A DNA stretch of 64,000 nt from Amoebidium appalachense. Taxonomy: Eukaryota; Protista; Ichthyosporea. The stretch is taken from the NCBI GenBank assembly GCA_963693365.1, contig CAVNZM010000009.1:7036171-7100170 (forward strand), in the 5' to 3' direction. A program made the position numbers and the translations under genes. Positions 47,364 through 60,748 of this stretch are shown one piece after another. Below the pieces are notes generated by a model that worked only from the letters and a program-made list of their open reading frames with translations, did no database searches and had not been told where the DNA came from. The first letter of the stretch is position 1. Each line of letters starts with the position of its first letter.

Positions 47364-48080
47364 GGGGGGAGGGGGGGGATGGGGGGGGGGGGGGTGGATA
47401 AGAGCGGAGAATCAGAGTAGGGAGAGAGGCAGGGTGGAAGGGAAGGAGTGTGCGTGTGTGTGTGGGGGGGGGGGGGGGGGGGGGGGGGGAGGGGGGGAGG
47501 AGGGGGGTACATTAGTAAATATCATGAAATGGTTTTTGACTCCACCTCCCTTGCGGCTTTATGAACTACCACTACGGTAATAAACCCCCCTCCCACCCTC
47601 CACCCCCCCCTTCCACCGCCCCCCCCCCCCCCCCCCCCTCCCCCCCCCCAAAAAAAAGAAAGAAAATAAAAAAGTGCAGCCACTGCCCAGCCGAACGGCA
47701 TAATGATAGGATATCTTGTTTCATTGACTGAGTTATCACACCTACCTCGGGCGTGTAACTTGATTGTGCACTGTGCGCATGCACAAGAACCTCGTAGAAT
47801 TTCACCACGGTTAGACCCCTTGCTATGCCCGTGCTGCATTCACATCCCCCCCCCCCCCCCCCCCCCTCTCCTCCGCCGGGCCCCCGTCCTTGCACACCCT
47901 CCCATCATGCCTCCCCCCTTCCCTCCCCCCCACAACAACAACAACAAAAAAGAAAACAACAACAACAGTGAAAAATAAAGATCTCCTCGAGGCCAGGTGC
48001 ATTTGCCAAAAAGAATCCAACTCAAGACCTCTGGTAATTGAGGGAACATTTGCAAAAGCAGCCACAATATGCAACCGCCT

Positions 48081-48153
<73 letters not shown>

Positions 48154-48479
48154 GCGCATGCGCACACACACACATGCCCCTACCCCCTCGCCGTCCTCGT
48201 TCTTCTGTCGTTGGACCCCCCCCTCCCCCTTCCTCCTCCCCCCTGCCCGCCCGGAATTACCATTGGCAGAACAGCGCAGTGTGTGTGCACCTGAGGGCAA
48301 ACCTCGTTCAATTTTCCCACGGTTGGACCCCCCCCTCCCCCCCTCCCCCCTCTCCCCGACACCCCCCCCCCCCCCCCCCCCCCCCCCAAAGTCGGGTTAT
48401 GTCGAGCTCGACATATGGTGCCTTGAAAGGCAAGCGACTGGGAATGGATTTAGCACAAAAAGCAACCAGATATTTGACG

Positions 48480-48513
<34 letters not shown>

Positions 48514-50074
48514 CCAAACACCCCCAAAACACCCCCGGGCACCCCCCGCCCCCTCACCCCTCCCCCCCCTCCCCCCACCCCAATCTCCCCTCCCCCCAAC
48601 CTTCCAACCCCCTTCTCGGCCCTCCCTCCCCCGGTCCCCCCCCCTCCACCCCCCCACAAACACACACGCCTTATACCCCCCTTCCCTTAGCCAGTATACA
48701 GTTGCCACTCCCCATATGGCATATTGACTGCAAAATGCCCGTAGGGACTTAATAGTATATTCCTTCCATTTTTGGTGAGCAAAATCGTCTGGCGGGGCTG
48801 GCACCAACCGTTAGTCTACACGGGTGGTGGAGGTTTGGCATCGTATAGGCATCTTCAATGTTCAGTAAAAACAAATGTGGAAATTTGGAAATTATCAATC
48901 TCATGAGCGGTTTACATTGTTCACTGGAGGCAAAGAGAGACCAGTCTCAGATAATACTATGGGGTTTTGTTCGGTATATCCCGTCAGTGTTATATCATGA
49001 TCAGGTAAATAGATGTCGGGGGATAGCAGCCCCCCCCCCCCCCCCCCCGGCGCTGGGGGGATATCATCGGATTAGGGTTTTTCTTACACTATGAAGTGCC
49101 AAAAGTTATGAAGAGAATTTATTGTTGTTTTTTTTGGTTTTTTTTTTTGTTTTTTTTCCCGGGGCACCCCGGGGACACTCAGCATCAACTGATGCGTGTG
49201 TAAATGACTAATCAGCCAATCACATTTTATTGGCCGCTCCCTCCCAGCCAATAATTAGCCACAACACACCAGGTGTCAGAAATTCACACCGTCATATCCA
49301 AACATAGTTTTATCCATCGCGTTTAGATATGCATGGTTCACCCCATTACCACCCTACTTGTATGACACACATCGGTATACCAGAAACCAAAAAAAGAGCC
49401 ACTGCCACCAATAAACCCCCCCCCCCCGACACTCTCTGTATGCATATTGAATTTCATAGCATATCTATTGTATATCTATCCGTGCAATATTAGTTTGGCT
49501 TTTACACTGCACAAACTAATAATTGCACCATTTGCCTGTTTGTTAAATGAATACAGGCTACACACTCGGGTGATACATCATACACCACAACTAATGGTTT
49601 GCTATCTATTAAAAGGTTTCTATAACCCCCCCCCACTGGGGGGCCGCCTGAACACATACCCTCCGCCATCACCAAATATGGAGAAAAAAAAAAAAGAAAA
49701 AAAAAAGGAAAAAAAAGAAAAGGAAAGAAAATGAAGAGGGAAAAAAAGGGAAAAGAAAAATCTTGTACGAATGAATATCCATTTATAAAGCTCCCTAAAT
49801 GCCTCATGGACTTAGTATAGCATGGGCTGATCACCTACACCAAGCAGACAGCTACATATTTCTAGAATGCACTACAGTTTAAAGTATATGGATAATCGGT
49901 TTTCTGAACCCCCCCCCCCCCCAAAAAAAAAAGAAAAAAAGAAAAAGACCCCACACCCAAAACAACAAAAAGATAATAAATGAAGACAGGAGAACGGGAA
50001 AGCATGAACTCAAAACATAACACACTCAGTTGCACATCGATAGAAACTATGCCCAAATGCGGTTTGAACACCCC

Positions 50075-50105
<31 letters not shown>

Positions 50106-50287
50106 ACACACTTGCCCCTTTGCAGGGGAAAAAAAGAACAAACAAGAACGAAAAACGAACCCCCCTTCCCCTTCCAGGGAGGGGCAAAAAAAAAAAAAAA
50201 AAAAAAAAGTTCACGGTATTTCAACCAAATTCTACATTGACCATCCAAACGTTTCCACAGTCGAAACCGCACCATCTACTTCACAAC

Positions 50288-50323
<36 letters not shown>

Positions 50324-50397
50324 ATTTCTCCACCCCACCCCCCATTCAACAAAACACCCGCATCCCCCCTCCCCCCTCCCCACCTCATTCACTCAAC

Positions 50398-52813
50398 TCA
50401 CTTCTTTCCACCCGCCGCATATCTCCCCGCCCGCGTATTCATCCCCCCTCCTCCGCTTCCTGCCGCCGCCCCCAAACCCGACGCGCCCAACTGAAGTGGG
50501 GGCAAAGGGGCCAAAATATCATCCACATCTCCCATCGTCCCACCAACACCCCCTGACAAATCAGAAAACGGCCGCCGGTTTGGGCCGCCGCCGTTTAGGG
50601 CCGATTCGGCCCGACCAGAAGCCGACTGACGAACCGGTTCGAGAGCCACCAACCCGCCGGCGCCAGATGAAGGCGGGAAGTAGGTCGGCGCGGGTTTTCG
50701 TCCGCCGGCTGCAGCGGCCTGTCTTGACGCATCGCTCGAAACCTCGTTTTCGTTCGTGTTGTTGTTTCCAACCGCGCCGGCGCCTGCCGACATCGTGTCT
50801 CCTCCACCAGCCGTAACACGAGGGCGTTTCTTTGCCCCCGCCTTCTCTCCTCCCGCCGCCCCCGCGGCCACGCCTGCCTTCCTCTTCTCCCCTCCCGCCT
50901 TCTTCCTTGGGGACTTTGCCACCCCTTTCCCCTCGCCATTCCCGTGCTGGTTCTGCTCGTGCACGCGCGCCGCCTGTTGCGTGATGAACGTCAGTGCGCA
51001 AACGGAGCACTTGAACGGCCGCTCGCCCGTATGCGTGCGAATGTGGTAGCGGAGATGGCTTGTCGACCCGAAAGTCTTGTCACATCCCTCGTACGGGCAT
51101 TGCAGGGGTTTAACCCCAGTGTGCGTATACTTGTGATGCTGGAGCTGCCCGTACTGCGCAAACGCCGCACCGCACCCCTCGTGTTCGCATTTGTACGGTT
51201 TCTCGCCCGTATGCGTGCGAATGTGCACGCGCAGGCTCTTGGAATGAGTGAACGCAGCCCCGCAGATCTTGCATCCGTACGGTTTCTCACCCGTGTGCAC
51301 GCGCATGTGCGCTTTGAGCGTGTCCACGCGCGTGCACGAAACGGTGCATCCCGGGTACTCGCAGTGCCACATCTTCGGGGCCTGGGGGGGTTTCTCCCTC
51401 GTCGAAAGCAGAGGGATGATCGATGTTGTCCCCTGCGTCAGCGCCTCGGCAATGTGCGGCTTCAACTGCGGCACAGTCGTCGTTTTCGTGGTTCCCGTGA
51501 GCGAATAGGGCCGCTTGGAGTGCGAACGCATGTGGATGTTGAGGAAATTGGCCGACGCGTACGCCTTGGTGCATCCCTCGTGGGTGCACGCAAACGTTTT
51601 CGCCGTCTTTGCCGCCGCCGCCGTCACTTTCCCCACCACGGCTGCCCCCTTCGAACTCGTCTTGGTGGCCTTTCCCTTCTTGGCTGCTTCCACTACCGCC
51701 GCTTCAACTTCCACCGCCGCCGGGAGCTCCCCCCGATGTCTCCTTTGCGCTCGTTTTTCCTGTCTTTTTCACCACTTTCTTGGCCACGGATTTCCGCATC
51801 TTTGGCTTTGCTGCCGCCTTCACCGCGACAACGGCTCCATCCCCTCCTTCCTCGTTTCCTCCGGACGCACCCAATGTTCCGTCGGTGTGCGCTTTCACAT
51901 GTTTCTCCCTCGCCTTGCGGTATCCGAACGCCTCGTTGCACCCCGGGAACGTGCATTTAAACGGTTTGTCGCCCGTGTGCGTGCGGATGTGATAGTGCAG
52001 ACTGCCGCTCTGCTTGAACGAAGCAGTGCACCCGACGTAGGAACATTTGTAAGGACGCTCTCCCGTGTGTGTCCGTTTGTGTTGCAGGAGAGACTTGGCA
52101 AACGCGAACTGCTTGTCGCATCCATCGAACGGGCACTTGTGCGGCTTCTCACCCGTGTGGATCCGTTGATGTTCCGTGAACGCGTGCGAATGATTAAAGA
52201 TGGCGCCGCACCCATCAAACGGGCACGTGTAGAGTTTTTCCTCGTTGTGTGCCGACTTCATGTGCTCACGTAGCTCCGCCACGGTAAGAAACTGCGCTGC
52301 GCACCGCTTACAAGTGAAGAGGGTGTTCCGAACGGCCCGCCGTGTTCCCAATCCTGGCAACTTGTCGGCTGCTTTCCCTTGCTGTTTGGCGTTTGCTTGG
52401 GCGCGTGTTGCTTGGTTAGACGCTCCAGCCGTTCCAGAACTTGGTTTACTCGTTTTGGTGTAGGTAGCTGCCATGAGTTCGGCAAAGGCAGAATCACCCA
52501 CAGGCGCGGAGCTTGCTTGCGTGACGGTTTGAACGCGCGCACGCCCTCCCACCCCTCTCCCTTCATCACTCTGTGTGATGCGCGGGGTGACTTGTGTAAC
52601 TTCGAGCGTGGGTGCATGTTGGTATTGAATGTTTGCGTGCTGGTCGTATGCTTGTACAGCCCCGTAAGTGTATGCTTGTCCAGCTTGAAAAGCGTAGTTG
52701 TGCGCGTAACCTCCGGCGGGATGATGGCCCCCAGCGTAGGCGTTCCATTCCTGGCCGCCGTACTGTTGTGGGTCGTGCGCGTACCCATAACCCCACCCAC
52801 CTAAAGACTGCAT
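50398..52813 (-). CDS. C2H2 zinc-finger transcription factor, 11 fingers (5+6), reading frame broken by one extra base at 51729-51734
   Basis: ATG at 52813 (MQSLGGWG). Fingers have TGEKP/TGERP/TGDKP linkers in both ORFs. Removing one G from the G6 run joins ...KETSG to ELPAAVEVEAAV... and gives one 804-aa ORF. Confidence 0.85.
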
Positions 52814-53149
52814 TTTCGAACCGTGCAAACAAACCGAAACGACTAAGTTTTGATTGTGACTATGCGGTGTCCTTTCTAAAAGAAAATAAACACTGAACAA
52901 CGATGAGAAAAAAACTACAGAAGTGTTAAACAGGTAACAAAGAGCTAGGAAAACACAGGTTTTCACTATTTTCCCTTAGTGCAAAAGTACGTGAAAAACA
53001 CCTGTTTTCACTATCTGCGTGTTGTGCGGGGAAACAACCGCCTCACGCAGGGCTGAAAGGATCTTAGCGACCGTTGCAATCAATCTCTATCAGATCTGAC
53101 TCGAATCGTTTGCTATCGGCCAACCCGGCCCGAAGAAAAATTTCTTTGT

Positions 53150-53195
53150 TTGATTGGTTTAACCGATTGAATGACGTCACACATGGTGACGTCCT
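53150..53195 (-). promoter_or_regulatory. CCAAT box and CRE-type TGACGTCA sites upstream of the zinc-finger gene
   Basis: ATTGG 53153-53157, TGACGTCA 53172-53179 and a second TGACGTC at ~53187. Confidence 0.4.
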
Positions 53196-53822
53196 CCCCC
53201 GTCCTCGGCCGTCCTGGCCGCCGGCCGGCCGCGGCGTCACTGCGATCGAGGTTTTGTTTCACACTGTCACGGTTTTTGTTTCATGTGCGGCAGGTAAAGG
53301 AAAAAAGTGTGCACCGATTATTCAACATGGTCTTTTTATGGTACTCGAAATGCAGCTCTCATGGCTGTGTGTTTTGCAACCACGCATCTTGCTATACATT
53401 CCGAATCATCGATGTGTCTGATGTGTGCATGCTGTGCATGACTAATAGAAACTGATGTGGCTTGTGGTGATGATTGATTGGCCATTGATGGGGATTCTAA
53501 AAAGAAAAGGAGAAGCACAAGCGCCAAACACGTATTGGCAAAGTCTAATACTCACACACGGGTCGTGGGTGTGTATATACCAATCTAGCATGCAATTTTT
53601 TTCATCAATCGATATAATGACTGGTGTTATGTCATGCACATATGCCCCAACCCACAGTCTCTTCGGCAAATGCATGGCTCGTTTAATCATGGCTGTTACA
53701 TTTGCAGTGGCGTGCTTGTGTGTTATGATGCTTGCCATGTGATTTTGTTTCCAAGAGCGTGTCAGTTTCTGCAGATCTAGAGTACTTTTATTTAGCCTTC
53801 ACATGTCGGATGCTGCACTCCC

Positions 53823-53857
<35 letters not shown>

Positions 53858-54837
53858 ACCACCACCACCACCACCCCCCCCACCCCAGCCCACCTCACCC
53901 CCACCCTCCTTGGACACACACACACACACACACCACCACTAATACTACCACCACAACAGTAGCACCTCTCCCACCGCTCCACCCCCTCCCCCCTCCCCCC
54001 CCCCTCCCACCCCCTCCTCCCACCCCCCCCCCCCCCCCCCCCCCAAAACTCCTCCCCTCCCCGCGGCCTCCCCCACCCCCCCCCCCCCCTCCCCTCCTTG
54101 GCAACCTCCTTTTCCACTTTGGCCTTCAGCAGCCGGGCCAGAAGATTGGCATCGTCAACCGTTACGGTATATAAAAATGCATACAGTGTTGCACTTGCCT
54201 TTTTTTTTCCCCAAAAGAGTGGAGGTTGGGAATGACCGACGTTGGCCTTTCCTTTTTTTCGTTTTTATTTTTTATTTTTTGTTTGTTTGTTTTTTTGTGT
54301 ATGTGTTTTAAGGGGGGGGGGGGGGGGGGGGGAGGGGGGAGGCAGTGGTGGGGTGGAGGAGGGGGAGGGGGTGGGGAAGGGGTTGGGTTTGGGGGGGGGG
54401 GGGGGGAGGGGGGGGGGGGGGGGGGGAAGGTGAGAGTAAGAAAGAAGACTCTGAAAGGCAGCTGTCGTGATCATAGATTTGCTTCTGTACACTTCCAAAC
54501 TTTTGCCATCAAAAATCCTGCTACTCTCAGTGTTGCTATGGAATAAGTAATTACTGTGTAGGCATATGCATGACACTGCAGAATTTCAGTGACATGGTGC
54601 CCCGGACTGATATGTGTCCTTTTCTTTTTATATCACTGTTTATTACCCGTGTTAACTAATAATATCACAAGAGAAAAATAGAAGCAAAAGGGAAATCTTA
54701 TTGCTTTTAATTTCTTCTTTACTAAGTGTTTAAATAATATCACCGTCTTTTGGGTTGGTACCAGCTATAATAATGGACCTTCAGACCAGGGCGGTGGCAC
54801 CGACCTCCCCCTGAGAGAGAAGGGTGGGTGGGTGGGT

Positions 54838-54880
<43 letters not shown>

Positions 54881-54956
54881 AATCGGAACAGGGTGGAGTC
54901 TCAGCGAGAAGGGAAGGTTCTGGGGGAGTTTTTTTTTGAGTTTTTTTTTTTTTTTT

Positions 54957-54997
<41 letters not shown>

Positions 54998-56064
54998 AGC
55001 CTGGAAGGGTGGAGCTAGAAGAGAGGGGGGGGGGGGGGGGGGGGAGGGGGGGGAGAGAAGGCCGGCGGTGACTGAGACTGATATAATGATTAGGTTGAAG
55101 GGGGGAGGGGGATTTGGAAAAGGCCACAACTCAGTTTCAAATGTGTATGTATGGATTTCACATGATTCTGGAGACTGTCAGTTGCTTGATCCCCCCCTCC
55201 CCCCTCCCCCTCCAAACCCCCCCCCCCAACCCCTCCCCCTCTCACACTTCTCCCTTTCTTTTTTGCTCCAGTTGGGATTCGATGAAGTGTCACCTGTGCA
55301 ATTCGAATACCATGCTGGCCAGCGGAAATTTTGAACCGTTAGCGCATTCAGTGATATGAAAATACTTCTTTGTTCGACTCAGCAAATAGTATACATTATT
55401 TTTATGCCAGGGGATCAAAACAATAGGTTTGAACAGAATTACTATCCGACCGTCCACTCGAGTGACATCTCAGATCAACGAATATCCCGCCTATTGGATT
55501 ATGTGTAAGTTAAATTCCACTTATGTGCCCGGTTTTCAAGTGACCCGGGTCTCTTATTAGTGCACCCGGCCCACCCCCCCCCCCTTCCCCCCCCCCCCCC
55601 CCCCCCCCCCCCCCCGCCACCGCCGCCGCCCGCGACAACCGGGCACAAAACTAAAACATTAGAAATCGTTACAACCCCCCCTCCCCCCTTCCCCCCCCTT
55701 CCCCCCCCCCCCCAGCACACACACGCGCACACACACACACAGGCCCTCAGCCTCCAACAACCGGGATATATATATGATATGATACTTGAACAGCTAATGA
55801 CGGGCGACATTGGTGTACGCAACTGAGAATTAAAAAGGGGTCTATCGATCCCTCACCCCCCCCTCCACCCCCCTCCCCCCGCTCCCCAAAACTTTTGAGT
55901 TAAACCTTTATATTTAAGGGCATATTTCGCATCGCTGCCTTTCAAACCGGGTGGGTATGTGCCGGCCAAAAGTGTTATATACCTACGTTCTAGACTGAGC
56001 CCGTCAAATAGACATGCCATTCACGCTAAACAGTGTCGGGGCTTGTTCTAGTTTGGATCCGGAT

Positions 56065-56095
<31 letters not shown>

Positions 56096-56376
56096 CCCAT
56101 CCCTCCCGGGGGGGTTGCGCCACCAACTGTTACACTCACCTACGCACAACAGTAGAATGGTTCTGATCACGATCGATTGCCCTGAGTATGCATACGAGTA
56201 ATCTGATCTTGGATTACCCCCCCCCCCCCCCCCTCCCCCCCCCCCCCCCCCCCCCCCCGCCCCTTCTTCCCCCTTCCCCACCACCTCCCACCTCTTTTTT
56301 TCGCCACCCACCGTGCACCCACGGGCGCACACATGCGCACACACCGACAGGCACGCACCCGCGCATGCGCACGCAT

Positions 56377-56421
<45 letters not shown>

Positions 56422-56749
56422 CACAACACACACATACACACACACACACACAACACACGCACGCGCATACACACCCCAGCCACTGTGCCACGCAGGCACT
56501 GTGTCATGCATGCACGCACGTGCATTCGACGGTCTGACTCACCTACTACTAACCTCTGACGAGGTTTTTCAAGTTGAACTCAGTGTTTGGATTTTCTGTT
56601 GAAGTTAAACGGTGTTACAACAATGAATCACTGCCATACTGCAAAGTGGTGAGGATGAAGCTGCAGTAGATAAAATATTAATGAGTAAATTTTGATCGCA
56701 CGTGAATATATCATCGCCAATTCAAATGATATTCCTTTCTATTGGCAAT

Positions 56750-56842
56750 TGAGGAAAAAAAAATCACCTTAAAATATCTCCAAATGCCGATAATAAAAGA
56801 ACTATGCATCCGGATTCTTCCCCCCTCCCCCCCCCCCCCCCC

Positions 56843-56910
<68 letters not shown>

Positions 56911-56983
56911 AAAGAACTATGCATTTGGATCATTCTCTCACTCTCTCCCCTCCCCCTCTCCCCCCCCCCTCCCCCCCCCGCCC

Positions 56984-57045
<62 letters not shown>

Positions 57046-57440
57046 ACTCGTGCGTCACTGCTGCACCCACGGTTGGACCCCCACCCACGCGCACGCACAC
57101 ACACACCGCACGTGTGCACGTGCATAGTGTCACTTCATGCCTACAGTACCTCTGGGGAGTGTTTACTCTCAGAAACTCAGTGCGTAGATTATCTGTTTCA
57201 ATTGAATAATGCAATAATTACAGTGATAGTGGCCGGCCAACAGCAAAAATCCATAGATGAAGCCTGATACGTTTGTAGGTGATTCCAATCTCCATGAGAT
57301 ATATTATAGCTCATCGAATTAGAACTAAATACATCTATTGGGAGAGGAAGCAAACAACAGACAACAAGAAAAAACAGCTGTTATACAAACCCAAGTGCCG
57401 ATAATAAAAGACCTATACATGCAGGTCCTGCCCCCTCCCC
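56750..57440 (+). repeat. Local repeat family B (aRtgccgataataaaagaMctatRcat...) followed by C-rich runs
   Basis: Copies at ~56782-56820 and ~57393-57430, with a partial copy at ~56910-56935. Confidence 0.6.
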
Positions 57441-59028
57441 CCCCCCCCCCCCCTCCCTCCCCTCTCCCCCCCCCCCCCCCCCCTCCCCCCTTCCCCCACC
57501 CACCCACACACACATTACCCTGGGGCCCACCAGAATTAAGCCTTTCATATCCGATATTACATCCACAGGTGCATGCGGAAACTCAGTTGCTGATTCTCTG
57601 CACTGAATTTTCAGGAATGATCCACGAACACGCGTACGGACCTTGGCCATGGTTACTACACCAATGATGGCAATTAAACAAACACGATGACATAATAAAC
57701 CATGACGGTTATTAAAGTTTGTGACAAATAGGTTTATAATAAGATCATTGATATTTGATGTTCTCCCCCCCCCCCCCCCCCCCCCCCCTCTCCCCCCCCC
57801 CCAACCACCCAATAAAAACCCACCACCACCACCGCCACCACAATTATGAAAAGTGTTACACACACACACACCACACACACAGTGGAAAAAAAAAATAAGA
57901 AATCACACCACCGTCACGTCACGTATCCCCCCCAAGTTATATTTGGACGTCGTGCTCCGGGCCTTCTCTGCATTGTAGAGATCATCTGTGTAACTTGGCT
58001 AATTTTAAATGAACTTTTCCGTGCATGCGGTACCCTTGACCTCATCCATCCCCCCCCCCCCCCCCCCCCCCCCCTCCTCCTCCTCCTCCTTAACCTGCCC
58101 AATCATCTTGACCCCCAGGTGCTGACGGTACATACATGTGTGTGTGTGTGTGTGTGTCTTTGTATGCATGTTTTCGTTCAAGTTCAAGCATACGCTGTCT
58201 TCGTAGTGTCGATGTGCGACAGTGTGTCTGCATGTGTGTGATCATATCACATATGCATTTGTTCAAGTGTGTGCGCTAGCCTTATAAGCTCCCTGCTGAT
58301 GGCGGCACATAAAGTATAGGGTAAATTTGGGTATGTGCAACTTGAAGTCAAAGTTTCATACGCATGTATGAGCTTAATGTTCGCTAGAGAGCAATTTTCG
58401 TAGCGATCGAGATATAGAGATTATATCTAACCCCATCAAGTTTTTTTTCAGCATGATTGTACACAGCTTTTATTACATAGCGAAAAAACCAACGTCGAAT
58501 TTCAGAATACCTCGGTGTATATCTATCCAAGCCAGGTAGCACCTGCCACCTATGTATACTTTTGAGAGCTGGCCAAAAATCAAAGAATCCTAAGAACTTC
58601 AGGCATATCAACTTCACGATTTATCACATTCTCACAAAACACCTGTCTATGATACTACAGAAGAGTCAACAGGTTTAGGGTGTCTCTTAGGTCAACTATA
58701 TCTCCGTCCCCCCCCCCCCCCCCCCCCTTCCGGCTTCAGTGCAACACAGCACACAGGCAAAACGTAGAATATCAAGTCATAATCCTAGAAGACAAAGTAT
58801 ATGAAGGAGAAAGTACGTACACTGTGCCTTCACCGCGGAATAAAAAATTCAGGACGAGAAGTGACAAACCTGACAGAAAAAAAGTAAAGGTGCAAATATT
58901 TGTACAAGCAAGACTAACCCAAAACTATAAGGAAAGTTCCAATTTGAACATCACACTGATGTTGTGTTGCTTTGCGAATTCTCTTTAGGGTAGCAAGACC
59001 ATGTAAAATATTGTCTTCACAGTGTCGG

Positions 59029-59083
<55 letters not shown>

Positions 59084-59275
59084 TGTGTTACGCGGGAAGC
59101 CAATATGTCTGCCACACGTGCCTGTGCACGGAGTCAAAACACGGAAAAAGAGCATTTCAAGTTATATCTACCTGCTAATATCTCACACTTGCCGCCTTAC
59201 CACCACACCTACCCATCCCCTCATTATTACACAAACATCACATCAGTCAGTACACTTCAAGGTTTTGTCAATCAA

Positions 59276-60748
59276 CTACGTACTACCATGCAGCAAGAAA
59301 TCAACATCGATTGCCGATTTCAACTCATTGCACAGCGTATTTAGGTCTTCCTGAGTAAACTGAGGCCCGTTTCCTTCCAAAACTTCGTCCGGGTACTCTT
59401 GCCCTGGCAGGAAATCATACGAACCGTAAAGGGACGCCGGGCATGACATCGAAAACAAATCGTTTCCTGGTGGTTGGAGTCCTCCGTCGCCCGCGTTCCC
59501 ATCCATGTGATTGATCTGCATTTTCTCGAATTTCAACTGCCCCAAATCAAACGATTCGGCGTGCACATACCCGTTGTCGAAACCGTCATCAAAACCGCCG
59601 AAATCTTGCGTGAGGTTGGCGAATTGCTGCTCATCAGCCATATCATAGTTTGAAACATCGATTTGCAGGAGGTCGCTCGTGCTGTGATACAAACGAGTAG
59701 GCAACGCGCCCAGCGAGAGGCGATTGTTGTCGTTGTTATTGTGTCCCGATTGATGTTGGTACTCGATTTCGTTTTGCAACGCCTGAAGCTGCTTACGCAA
59801 CTGCATCTCCTGCTGGGGCTGTAGGGCCAAGCCCAACCCGCCCAAATCCAAGCCTGCAAGTGTCCCGCTGATGTCATCATCATAGTTGTTATTCCTGTTG
59901 TCGTGGTGGTTGTTTTGGCTTGTCGCAAGCTGCGACGTCACCTCGCATATGCGCGCCGCCAACCAATCTTTAATCTCATCTACTGCCCGCGCTTGTTCGT
60001 GCGGGTTCATGTTAGCAAGCACCCTGCGGTGGTCGTACATTGAGTGTCTCCGCTGGATGGATGGTGGCGTGGGTGCCGAAAGTCCCGGACTTGGGGGGGT
60101 TTGGTGATGCTGTGGGGTATTGGGAGGGGGGACCTTTCCATGAAATCCATGTGCGTCCACCGAAAGGCTACGTGCAATAGGCTGGGGCCTAGGGGGCGCC
60201 AAATGGCCGGAAAAACTCGGAACCCGCCCAAGGCCCGCGGGGGAGAGTGGAACGCCCGCGGCTGCCGGTGACAAAGGCGAAAGTGGTGGGGCTCCAAGAG
60301 GTGAAACGGGGCCGGGGGAAAGTGGGCCGGGCGGGAAACCAAAACCACCTGGGGGCATGTTCATCGGCGAGAGCGGGGGAACGCGCGGGCGGACTACAGG
60401 AGGCCCCATACCCAATGGGCTACGCTTTGCATATTCGGATGGACGACCGAGGATTGCACGGGATGAATGTTTTCTGCGAATGTGATTTCGGAGGGAATTA
60501 TCGGAAGAGAAACGGCGGCCACAGTTGTTTATGGTGCACACAACAGGCCTCTCCCTCTGAACTTTCTTCTTCTTGTCCCCGTCCTCACCATCGTCATCGT
60601 TCCCCTGCGGGCTCGAAATTTTGGGTGGGGGGACGTGGGGCCAGCTGGGTTTCTGCTGCAGAGAGGATGTGTCTGTGCCTATGGCAACACCCAGGGTGAA
60701 GGGTGCGCGGTTGGGGTAGGCGCCAACCTCCATGTTCATGTTTTTCAT
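59276..60748 (-). CDS. Intronless Pro-rich protein with one C2H2 zinc finger, putative transcription factor (~490 aa)
   Basis: CTINNCGRRFSSDNSLRNHIRRKH preceded by a basic KKKK patch; repeated PLSP motifs; Gln-rich helical segment and acidic C-terminus. First ATG at 60748. Confidence 0.8.
   Translation of the reverse strand: MKNMNMEVGAYPNRAPFTLGVAIGTDTSSLQQKPSWPHVPPPKISSPQGNDDDGEDGDKKKKVQRERPVVCTINNCGRRFSSDNSLRNHIRRKHSSRAILGRPSEYAKRSPLGMGPPVVRPRVPPLSPMNMPPGGFGFPPGPLSPGPVSPLGAPPLSPLSPAAAGVPLSPAGLGRVPSFSGHLAPPRPQPIARSLSVDAHGFHGKVPPPNTPQHHQTPPSPGLSAPTPPSIQRRHSMYDHRRVLANMNPHEQARAVDEIKDWLAARICEVTSQLATSQNNHHDNRNNNYDDDISGTLAGLDLGGLGLALQPQQEMQLRKQLQALQNEIEYQHQSGHNNNDNNRLSLGALPTRLYHSTSDLLQIDVSNYDMADEQQFANLTQDFGGFDDGFDNGYVHAESFDLGQLKFEKMQINHMDGNAGDGGLQPPGNDLFSMSCPASLYGSYDFLPGQEYPDEVLEGNGPQFTQEDLNTLCNELKSAIDVDFLLHGST

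Noticed and set aside
50944-52273. Long plus-strand ORFs (338 aa, 252 aa), and similar ORFs opposite the POT genes
   Set aside because: Antisense shadows of GC-rich coding sequence.
52814-52966. N-terminal extension of the zinc-finger ORF from a non-ATG start (likewise 60749-60808)
   Set aside because: Non-ATG starts in AT-rich UTR-like sequence; the first ATG was used instead.
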